A model generated the notes under the pieces. It was given only the letters and a program-made list of their open reading frames with translations, had not been told where the DNA came from and ran no database searches. Below are positions 50,809 to 59,346 of a stretch of 64,000 nucleotides of DNA, piece by piece. Source of the stretch: Candidatus Tectimicrobiota bacterium (GTDB lineage Bacteria > JACPUC01). The stretch lies in assembly GCA_016192455.1 (NCBI GenBank), contig JACPUC010000009.1, positions 1 to 64,000 on the forward strand, read 5' to 3'. The position numbers were made by a program, and so were the translations under genes. The stretch's first letter is position 1, and every line of letters begins with the position of its first letter.

Positions 50809-50837
50809 TTGACCTCACGCCGCGCAGGCCGCATAAT
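50809..50837 (+). promoter_or_regulatory. Sigma70-type promoter of tRNA-Thr
   Basis: TTGACC-17 nt-CATAAT, 47 nt upstream of the tRNA. Confidence 0.6.
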
Positions 50838-50884
50838 GCCCCCCGAAGCCAGAGCGCTTCATCCCGCCATCTCGTCTCACCGTG

Positions 50885-50959
<75 letters not shown>

Positions 50960-51100
50960 GGTTTTCAATTCTTCTGAAAAACTTCGTCGACCTAGGGGTG
51001 CGGAACAGCGCGTCCGCGGAGAGCATAGAGCATAGAGAAGAGAGGAATCACATCGACACGTAGACTTCGAAAGATCGGCTCATCCCCCCCTCTCACGCCC

Positions 51101-53851
51101 TCACACCGCGTACACCTTCAATACCTCGTCGCCGTAATGGTTGATGACCTTGATGGCGATCTTGCCGGTCTCCGGGGGGTCGAAGGGGCGGCTGGTGGTG
51201 CTGTAGAGGCTGGCCCAGGCGGCCTCGTCGATCTCCGCGCGCAGGGCGCGTTTCAGCTTGTCGTACGGCTCCTCGGCGCCGGTGAAGTAGGCGTGCCGCA
51301 CGAAGAAGCTCTCCTCGTCGTAGTTGGTGTCGATGAACCAGCAGGCGATGTCGTCGGTCGAGGAGGTGCGAATCTGCCCCGTGGTCGGGTCGTAGACATC
51401 CAGGCCCTTGATCGCAACGACGAACTGATCCGCGGATTTCACAGATTCGCGCAGATTTCTCTTATCTGTGGTCATCTGCGTCATCTGTGGATGAATTCTC
51501 CGAATTTCCACGTCCGGCTCGCCGAAGACCATGAAGAGGTTGGCGGCGCCGCTCTTCTTCAGCAGCTCCTCCCCCATCATCAGGTCGGGGTTCATGCGCG
51601 TCACCAGCACCGTCAGGTCGCCGTAGCGTTTCGCCTCCTCGGAGACGTGCGGGTCGAAGGCGAAGCCGCACACCACCAGCACGTCGAATCGCACCCCCTG
51701 CAGCGCCTCCTTCGCCGCCTCGTGGATGTGCTCCGCTCCCACCGTGCCGTGCTCGGGGCCGATGGAGACGGCCACGCGCTTGCTGGCGCCGTCACTGCCG
51801 GCGTACTCCCCGGCGGCCTGCAGCCAGCGGCCGGCGAACGGCTCCAGGCGCTCGAAGCGCAGGCGCTCGGCCTTGCGGGTGTTCTGCACGCCGGCCTTCT
51901 TGAGGTTGTCCAGGATCATAACGGCGAAATCATCCACGGATTTCACAGATGAACGCCGATAATTCTTAGGGGTATCCGCAGATTGCACAGATGAACACAG
52001 ATGGGTTGAACCCTTCTTCTTCTCATCGGTGTCCTCCGTGGATAACGTTCTGTGCGGCGACAGGCTCTCGACGGTGAACGGCCCGGCGACGCGCGCCCGC
52101 GAGCTGTCTGGGTACGGCTGGTCGTAGAGGGTCTCCTGATCGGCGTGGCGGGTAATGGCGGCGTCGATCTCGGCGCGCGTCATCCCCTCGCGGATGTCGG
52201 GGTTGTTGGCGATGGATTTCAGCGTCACGTGCGGCACGCGCTTGTAGACGAACCCCTTGCGGATGTCGGGAAGGGAGCTATCCACAGAGGACACAGAAGG
52301 CACAGATTTTCGCAGATAGTTTTTGATCTCTTCATCTGTGTTCATCGGTGTAATCTGTGGATAGGCATCGGCGAGGTAATAGTAGGGATATTTAGCGGCC
52401 ATCAGGCGCGTGCGCGCCAGGGCCAGGGCCACGCGGCTGGTGTCGATGGTGATCCAGCGCCGCCCCCATTGCTCGGCGACGTAGGCCGTCGTGCCGCTGC
52501 CGCAGGTGGGGTCCAACACGAGGTCGCCGGGGTCGGTGGTCATGAGGAGGCAGCGGGAAACGACATCGGTATTTGTTTGAACTGCATAAATCTTCGCCTC
52601 TCCGAAACCGCCTGCACGCACATCATCCCAGTAATTCGATATTCTTACTACCGGATAGTCATCCGCAAACATTTTGTAACGAAGATACTTGCCAGAGACA
52701 ATAAGCCTATTTGCAGTTTCTAACTTTCGCATTCCCTCTTTAGTAGTTCGCCAGTAATATCCAGGTAACGGGCTAAACTTGTACCCTTGAAATTCGTAGA
52801 TAAAATGTGTTGTCTTTCCACCACTGTCAGAATATATACTGCTTGGCATAAATCGCTTGCCTATAAGTTGATTTGATTCGAGGTTTTCTGAACGTGTTAG
52901 CCTTCTACATGATCCATCAATTGATTCGATCATTGTGTAAGCTGCTTCTATAGTGGTTGACTTCCGAAGGATATAAAGTGAACGAACCTTAGTATGTTCT
53001 GTAGACTTAGAATACCAAATAAGGTAATCACCCGAAGAATCTATATGACCACTGCCCTTACCAGTGGTTTTAAGAAAGAAAATCAGCCCGCAGAAATTCT
53101 CACTCCCAAACACCTCATCCATCAAACACCGCACGAGGTGCACATTCTCATCCCCAATCTGCACGAAGACGCTGCCCGTCTCCGTCAGCAGCTCGCGCGC
53201 CGCCACCAGCCTATCCCGCAGGTAGGCCAGGTAGGAGTGAATCCCCAGCTTCCAGGTGTCGCGGAAGGCCCTGATCTGTTCCGGCTCGCGGCTGGCGTCC
53301 TCGGCCTTGCCGTCTTTCACGTCGCGCTTGCGGGTGCTCACCTGCCAGTTGGAGCCGAACTTGATGCCGTAGGGGGGGTCGAGGTAGATCGTCTGCACCT
53401 TCCCCTTCAGCCCCTCCTTCTCCGCCAGGCTGGTCATGACGAGGAGCGAGTCGCCGAGGATCATGCGGTTCGACCAGTTGGCGTCGTACTGGTAGAACTC
53501 CACCTTCTTGTCGAACCCGTCGATGCCGTTGAAGTCGGCGAAGAGGTCGAGCTGCTCCTGTTTCGGTTTGCCGCCGCGCCGCCGCAGGTCCTCGATGAGC
53601 GCCTGGGGGTGAATCTTCTCCTGGATGTAGACCGGCGCCACCGGCACGGCGAGGTCTTCGCGGTCCTGCTCGTCTTTCCCCTTCCAGACGAGCTGCGGGT
53701 CAAGCGACGGGTCGCGCGGGTAGAGCATGGTTCGCGGCGCCGCCTCCTCCTCGGCCACGAAGCCGCGCAGCTCCTCGGTGGGGATGTTGCGCCGCTTGTC
53801 CTTGTGGCGCAGGGACTCGACACTGGTCATCCTGGTGTTCTTTTTGGCCAT
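51101..53851 (-). CDS. Type III-like DNA methyltransferase (Mod), beta-class, containing three in-frame palindrome clusters
   Basis: NRMILGDSL, YLDPPYGIKF, VLDPTCGSGTT, KVINHYGDE; repeat-derived peptides such as HPQMTQMTTD and NLRESVKSAD. Confidence 0.9.
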   Translation of the reverse strand: MAKKNTRMTSVESLRHKDKRRNIPTEELRGFVAEEEAAPRTMLYPRDPSLDPQLVWKGKDEQDREDLAVPVAPVYIQEKIHPQALIEDLRRRGGKPKQEQLDLFADFNGIDGFDKKVEFYQYDANWSNRMILGDSLLVMTSLAEKEGLKGKVQTIYLDPPYGIKFGSNWQVSTRKRDVKDGKAEDASREPEQIRAFRDTWKLGIHSYLAYLRDRLVAARELLTETGSVFVQIGDENVHLVRCLMDEVFGSENFCGLIFFLKTTGKGSGHIDSSGDYLIWYSKSTEHTKVRSLYILRKSTTIEAAYTMIESIDGSCRRLTRSENLESNQLIGKRFMPSSIYSDSGGKTTHFIYEFQGYKFSPLPGYYWRTTKEGMRKLETANRLIVSGKYLRYKMFADDYPVVRISNYWDDVRAGGFGEAKIYAVQTNTDVVSRCLLMTTDPGDLVLDPTCGSGTTAYVAEQWGRRWITIDTSRVALALARTRLMAAKYPYYYLADAYPQITPMNTDEEIKNYLRKSVPSVSSVDSSLPDIRKGFVYKRVPHVTLKSIANNPDIREGMTRAEIDAAITRHADQETLYDQPYPDSSRARVAGPFTVESLSPHRTLSTEDTDEKKKGSTHLCSSVQSADTPKNYRRSSVKSVDDFAVMILDNLKKAGVQNTRKAERLRFERLEPFAGRWLQAAGEYAGSDGASKRVAVSIGPEHGTVGAEHIHEAAKEALQGVRFDVLVVCGFAFDPHVSEEAKRYGDLTVLVTRMNPDLMMGEELLKKSGAANLFMVFGEPDVEIRRIHPQMTQMTTDKRNLRESVKSADQFVVAIKGLDVYDPTTGQIRTSSTDDIACWFIDTNYDEESFFVRHAYFTGAEEPYDKLKRALRAEIDEAAWASLYSTTSRPFDPPETGKIAIKVINHYGDEVLKVYAV
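51428..51492. repeat. CAGAT-arm inverted pair inside the methyltransferase
   Basis: atccgcggatttcacagattcgcgcagat ... atctgtggtcatctgcgtcatctgtggat. Confidence 0.9.
51932..52043. repeat. CAGAT-arm cluster (two direct arms, one shorter inverted arm) inside the methyltransferase
   Basis: 51932-51960 atccacggatttcacagatgaacgccgat; 51974-52002 atccgcagattgcacagatgaacacagat; 52025-52043 atcggtgtcctccgtggat. Confidence 0.9.
52279..52363. repeat. CAGAT-arm inverted pair inside the methyltransferase
   Basis: tatccacagaggacacagaaggcacagattttcgcagat ... atctgtgttcatcggtgtaatctgtggata. Confidence 0.9.
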
Positions 53852-53965
53852 GATTCAATCCGCCGATTGCGCCGATTTGCGCAGATTCAGGGACTCGACT
53901 TTGGTCGTCCTGGTGTTCTTTTTGGCCATGATTCAATCCGCCGATTGCGCAGATTTGCGCAGATT
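53810..53965. repeat. 78-bp tandem duplication (mod 5' end plus one CAGAT arm)
   Basis: 53810-53887 versus 53888-53965, 4 mismatches. Confidence 0.95.
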
Positions 53966-54361
53966 GGAGAATACAAAACGCCTAAATTCAAGACTCGGGC
54001 GGCCGAAGTTCAGCAGCAACCCGCGCTCCAGGCGTGTTGCCTTGAGGTAGTTCAAGAGCTGTGCTTCCTCGACGCCAGTGATGGCGTGCAGCGCCTTCAA
54101 CTCGATGATAACGCTTTCATAGCAGACAAAATCCGCCCGGTACGAGCAGGCCAGCGGCTGCTCCTTATAATACACCGGCAACTCCACTTCGCGCGCGAAC
54201 GGAATGGCTCGGACCGCGAATTCAATCGCGAGCGCCTGCTGGTAGACAGCCTCCAGGAATCCCGGGCCAAGTTCTCGATGAACCTCCATCGCCGCGCCGA
54301 TGACGGCGTGTGTTTGTTGGTCCTTTGAATCTGCGTCAATCTGCGAAATCCGCGGATTCAT
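53933..54361 (-). CDS. GxxExxY protein (PD-(D/E)XK nuclease fold) bounded by 31-bp inverted repeats
   Basis: VIGAAMEVHRELGPGFLEAVYQ, RADFV...IIELKA, QLLNYLKAT, GLLLNFG; inverted repeats at 53935-53965 and 54328-54358. Confidence 0.93.
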   Translation of the reverse strand: MNPRISQIDADSKDQQTHAVIGAAMEVHRELGPGFLEAVYQQALAIEFAVRAIPFAREVELPVYYKEQPLACSYRADFVCYESVIIELKALHAITGVEEAQLLNYLKATRLERGLLLNFGRPSLEFRRFVFSNLRKSAQSAD

Positions 54362-57256
54362 TTTTGCTCACCGATAAAGCCGCGGATGAGAGTTTGCGCG
54401 TTCCACGGGTCGGTGATCTCGATGAACGCCCAGCGCCCGAAGCCGCCGTGGTTGTTGACCGCCGGCGCCCACAGGTTGCGCGCCGTACTCACCTTCGCCT
54501 CCTTCTCGGCCCTTCGCTCACCCGTCACCTCGATGATGAGGTTCAGCAGGTCGTCCGGCCCGCGGCCGTCGTCGACGCGGGCGATGAAATCGGGATGGTA
54601 CTGCTTCTCCTCGTTGAAGAGCGTGTAGGGGATCGTGAAGCCGAGGTTCTGGTTCTTCACGTAGGCGGCGACCTCCTCCATCTCCTCCAGGCTCTCGGCC
54701 ATCTTCTGCTCCCAGGAGCCGGTGTCGGCCACCACGTGCGACACATGGCATTTGTCGGGGCGGGTGTCGTAGGTGCTGCGCCGCGTGGTGAAATCGACGT
54801 AGCGGGTCGAGCCGAGGGTGTCGTAGGGGTGCAGGATCGGCTTCAGGCGCGGCTCGCCGCCGGAGGAGGCAACGATGGCCCGGTAGACGCGGTCGGCGGC
54901 GTCGTGCGCCCACTCGACGAGCAGGAGGAGCTGCGGGAAGGTGTTGTCATGGCAGGTGACGCATTCATCCAGCCAACGCTTGGTGATGCCGAGCACCTGC
55001 GGGAAGAGCCAGGGCTTGTCGTTGCCGTCATCGTCGCGAAAGTATTTCTCCAGCGTCAGCTTTCCCAGAAGGAAGGCGACCTCGTTCATGCGCCTGCGCT
55101 TCAGGTCGTCCAGGGTGAGGATGACGGTCTCCCCCACGATAGGGGCGTTCTCGGTCTTCGTCGGCAGGTCGTGCGTGCTCAGGGTGAGGTTCGAGTCCTC
55201 CGTGAACATGGCGCTGAGGCGCTGCGTGGGCAGATCGTAGCGGTACCCGAGCAGGCGCGGGAAGGTGATCTCGCAGGCGATGCGCTCCTCCAGGGCGCGC
55301 ACGCGGGTGGTCTGCCGCCCCGGCTGCGGTCCCTTCGTTGAGCCGGAGCAGGGGATGAAATCGAAGGGGACGCCGTAGACCTCGGCATACTCCGGCTCGA
55401 AGCAGCCGTCGTCGTTCAGGGCGTAATCCATGCGGCGCAGCGCCCGGCCCACCACCTGCTCGCAGAGGAGCTGCGTGCCGAAGGCGCGCACGCCGAGGAT
55501 GTGGGTCACGGTGTTCGCGTCCCAGCCCTCGGTGAGCATGGAGACGCTGACCACGCAGCTTCTCGGGGTCGCGCCCCGGAAAGCGCTGGCGGTACTCCGC
55601 CTTGAACTCCTCGATCTCCCTGGCGGCGATCTTCTTGAACTCGGCGCTCATGCCCTCGCCGGATTCAAGCTGCTGGCTGTCCACGAGGATGGTGTTGGGA
55701 CGGCGCAGCCAGCCGCCGCGGCCGTCGTCGTTGCGGAAGAACTTCAGGTTGCCGGCTTGCACCAACGTCGTGTCCCCGAGCGGCTTTTCCCAGCCGGCGA
55801 TGTAGTCGAACACCAACTTCGAGACGTTCGTGTTGTTGCAGACGACGATGAAGACAGGCGGGGTGAGGTTCGTAGCCGTGGCCGTCGAGCTTGCTTCCCA
55901 CAGGCGGTAGTACTGCTCATAGTTGCCGTAGAGGCTTTGCAGCGCCCCTTCCAGCTCCTTGGGAAGCTGCGGTTCGCCCACCACCGCCTCGGTCTTGCGG
56001 CCTTTGCGAGGCAGGTGTTCGCGGATCCGCGGCCAGAGGTTGCGGTAGGTGGGCTGCTCGCCAATCATGGAGTCATCCGCCACCGGCACGCGCGGCACCT
56101 TGACGATGCCTGATTCGATGGCGTCGATGAGGGAAAAGTCCGAAACCACCCAGGGAAAGAGCGTCCCCTCCTTGTAGCCGGAGCCGCGCAGGAAGAAGGG
56201 GGTGGCCGAGAGGTCGTAGATGACCTTGGCGCCGAGTTTCGCCTTCACCGCCTCAAGGCCGGAAATCCAGACGCGCGCCTCCTCGTTGCGCGTCTCCGCT
56301 TCCCTGCGTTCGTCGCTGCTCAGTTTCTCCTCATCGGTTTCGGGACGGCGCCGGTAGCAATGGTGCGCCTCATCGTTGAGAACGACGATGTTCTTTTTGC
56401 CGCCGAGCTCGCGGCAGGCGCGCCGCACCATCTGCTGAGGCGTTTCGGTGAACGCTCCATCGGCGCCCTGGGCGAGAATCGCCTTGGTGAGTTTGCCGGC
56501 GGCGACCTTCTCCCGCGGTTGGAAGGCGTGGAAGTTCGTGATGATGATCTTGGCCTGCTCCAGCCGTTCCATCTGGTGAGCCGGCAGGAGGTCCCACTGG
56601 CGGTAGTAGTTGTTGGGGTCGTTCGGCAGCAACACGCGCAGGCGGTCGCGCACGGTGATGCCGGGGGTGACGATGAGGAAGGTGTCGGAGAAGAGCTTAC
56701 CCTGGCGATCGGCCAGCTTGTTCAGCATGTGCCAGGCGATGAGCATGGCCATGACGACGGTCTTTCCGGTGCCGGTGGCCATCTTCATGGCGAGGCGCGG
56801 CAGGCCGGGGTTGGCCGCGTCGTTGGCGTCGCGCAGGTGGTTCGCAAGCCATTCGTCGCCGCACTTCGCCGCCGCCTCGGTGAGGTAGATGACCGTCTCA
56901 ACCGCCTCAATCTGGCAGAAGAAGAGCTTTGTATCGCGCTCGGGGTTGGTCCAGTACTTCAGCAGCTCGCGGGTCGTCGAGGTGATGCCGTGGTACTTCC
57001 CCCGCCGCCACAGGGCGACGCGCTCAGGGATGCGGTTGACGGTCTGGTTCTCTTCAAGACGGTCTTTCGTCCATTCGCCGTAGAGGTCGAGCTGCTTGCC
57101 GCGCTTCCTGGGCCGCGGCACCGGCACGAAGTAGGCGCTGCTGCGCCGTTCCTCGATGATCTCGTCGGTAATGCCGTCGTCGTCGAACTTGAAGTGGCGC
57201 CGCGGCTCCGCAAAGGGAGAGTTGAGGATGGGGTTTTCGATGACGACTGGAGGCAT
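54358..57256 (-). pseudogene. Type III-like restriction helicase-nuclease (Res), split by a deletion/frameshift at ~55558
   Basis: N-terminal part FFCQIEA, MATGTGKT, NDEAHHCY, DLSATP; C-terminal part CVVSVSMLTEGWD, QVVGRALRR, YHPDFI...EVTG in another frame. Confidence 0.88.
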
Positions 57257-57270
57257 GGGGTGGGCTCCGT

Positions 57271-57299
57271 CTCTCCGCGTCCTCCGCGTCTCCGCGGTG
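57271..57299. repeat. Single CAGAG-variant arm just upstream of res
   Basis: ctctccgcgtcctccgcgtctccgcggtg, similar to 19928-19953 and to the reverse complement of 19967-19991. Confidence 0.75.
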
Positions 57300-57348
57300 C
57301 GTTACTGCTCGTAGTGGGCGGGCCCGCGGCGCCTTACCGTTTCCTGTT

Positions 57349-57561
57349 TCAACGAGCTTGCGGAACCGATTCGAACAGCAGCCGCCGGATGTCGATCTCC
57401 GGCGCTCGCTTCGAGAGGTACAGCATCTCGATGCCGACGACGCGGCCGTGCTCGTCGTAATCCACGATGATGCCGGGCGAGACTTCCTCGGAATTGCTGG
57501 CGGGCGCTTCGCCCAAGGTCAAGTGCAGGGCGTCGGCCTGTTGATCCACTTTGAGCTTCAT
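57349..57561 (-). CDS. DUF2283 family small protein (putative antitoxin)
   Basis: MKLKVDQQADALHL...SEEVSPGIIVDYDEHGRVVGIEML; AAGGAGG RBS. Confidence 0.82.
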   Translation of the reverse strand: MKLKVDQQADALHLTLGEAPASNSEEVSPGIIVDYDEHGRVVGIEMLYLSKRAPEIDIRRLLFESVPQAR

Positions 57562-57881
57562 GGGATGATCCTCCTTCACGACGTACTCCATCTCACGCCC
57601 GCTCGCAAAGGTCCATCACTTTCAGGCTCTCGATGCCCGAGTGGCCCGCGCCGCCCGCGGCGTCTTACCGTTCCGTACCGTGTCGCCCCTTTCTATACCA
57701 TTTCCACGGGATGGTGAGCAAAGGAATAACCCGCACACAAAACGGTCTAGCTCGCCGGCTCAACGCTCCCCTCATCGCCCTGCTCGGGATCCAACTTCTC
57801 GCCTTGGCTCACGCTGAAAGCAGCAGGGGGGAAGCAGGAGGGGGCGGGTGGAGGGGATAGGGGGGCGCTCAAGCAGATGCG

Positions 57882-58156
57882 TTACGAGTCGATGCTCTGC
57901 TCGATGCGGACATCGAGAAGCGTCGGCCCGCCGTGCGCCAGCGCTTTTTCCAGGGCCGGCCCATCGTTTTGGCATAGCCGTCGGCCATGGAAACGGCGCA
58001 GACCTCATGCGGCGCCAGAACATAGGCCGGCTTGCCGCTCTTCATCACGGCGTCGGTAAGCCCCATGCCGCTGGCGCCGGGCACGGCGAAGAGATGCTCC
58101 ACACCCGCCGCCGTCAAGGCGGCGGCGCGGGCCTCGCCGCCAGTCATCCGAGCCAC
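57882..58156 (-). pseudogene. Thiamine-pyrophosphate-binding enzyme remnant with a large internal deletion
   Basis: N-terminus TGGEA...GVEHLFAVPG...HEVCAVSMADGYA is joined out of frame to the C-terminus ALEKALAHGGPTLLDVRIE. Confidence 0.8.
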
Positions 58157-58220
58157 GCCTCACTCCCTTGCCGGCATCGTTCCCATGCAACCTTCAGCGC
58201 CGCGGCGCAAGCCCTTTCCC

Positions 58221-59237
58221 TCAACGGATGAAGGAGAGGTCCAGATATTTTTCGATCTCGATCTTCTGATCGATGAAGCCAAGGGTCTTGAGGAGGTCCA
58301 GGTCTTTCTGCAAAGCCTTTACATCAGGAACCGCCTCGGTATTCTGGTAGAAATCGGCCTTCTGGAAGGCGTACGGCTTCAAGCTCTGTTTGGGTCTCTT
58401 GGTGAAACGCGCGGTGATATCAAGAGCCTCATCCAGGTTGGCGGGATCGCGGAACCATTTCAGCGCCGTCTTGTAATCGGCGTAGAACTCTTTTACGGCG
58501 GCGCTATTCTTTTGCAGGAATTCCGTGCGCGCCACGTGGACCAACATTTGGCTCGGGCCGATAGCGTCGAGGGAAGAGAAGAGAACCCGCAGGCCCCCCT
58601 TCGCCTTGGCGCGGTAGAAGAAGGCCGGTATCAGCACCGCCATATCAATCTTCTTCTCCCTAAGCATGGCCTCCTGGTTTGGGAAGGTGACCTCGACGAA
58701 CGAATAGTCTTTCGGATAATGGAGGCCAGACTTCAAAAGCATTGCCCTGGCGGCGAAGTCGATCCCTGTTCCAAGGGCGTTCGTGCCGAGTACTTTTCCG
58801 CGCAGGTCTTCAACCTTCTTGATGCTTGAGTCTTCAAGAACGACCCAGTAGGGCGAGCCATAGCCTGGCGCGTACCCAGCTAAGCCAGAGACCACCTTCA
58901 AATCCAATTTCGCCCGAAGGAGGGCGGAGGCCAGGGCAGGGAAGGACATGTAGCTCAAATCGAGCTCTTTCGCGGCGAGGGCAGGGATGGGAGCGGAGCC
59001 GCCACGGAACTGAACCAATTCTACGGTGTACGTCTTCCCATAGTTCTTGAGGATATCTTTTTTTTCAAACAACAGAGGCGTAGGGTCAGTGGGGAGTTCT
59101 CCGTAGCCGATCTTTATCTTGACTGGAGCCTGTGCCCCGGCCTCGGCGCCAAGCAGCGATGAGACCAGGAGCATGGCGATCAACAGCAAGCTGAAGCAGA
59201 GCGCGGCGGTCTTGGTCGTGCGTGCAGTGCGAGTCAT
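58221..59237 (-). CDS. SsuA/NMT1-type ABC substrate-binding protein
   Basis: Signal peptide, SSIKKVEDLRGK, type II periplasmic-binding pattern; no permease or ATPase adjacent. Confidence 0.82.
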   Translation of the reverse strand: MTRTARTTKTAALCFSLLLIAMLLVSSLLGAEAGAQAPVKIKIGYGELPTDPTPLLFEKKDILKNYGKTYTVELVQFRGGSAPIPALAAKELDLSYMSFPALASALLRAKLDLKVVSGLAGYAPGYGSPYWVVLEDSSIKKVEDLRGKVLGTNALGTGIDFAARAMLLKSGLHYPKDYSFVEVTFPNQEAMLREKKIDMAVLIPAFFYRAKAKGGLRVLFSSLDAIGPSQMLVHVARTEFLQKNSAAVKEFYADYKTALKWFRDPANLDEALDITARFTKRPKQSLKPYAFQKADFYQNTEAVPDVKALQKDLDLLKTLGFIDQKIEIEKYLDLSFIR

Positions 59238-59346
59238 CTGGTGCTCCCTCTCTCCATCCGAGTGATAGCGCTCCCCCAACTATCCATGAAGCCTCTAAGA
59301 GTTTCAGGACCCGCAACCTCCTTGGGCGCCCCTTTCGTAAGGCGTG

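Noticed and set aside
51428-54358. CAGAT-arm repeats as a CRISPR array
   Set aside because: Arms are degenerate, occur in both orientations with irregular spacing inside a CDS, and no cas genes are present.
57752-57761. tcgccggctc matching the tRNA-Thr 3' end as an attR site
   Set aside because: Only 10 bp and GC-rich; the same word occurs elsewhere (near 22984 and 36129), and there is no integrase. The position is suggestive but not distinguishable from chance.
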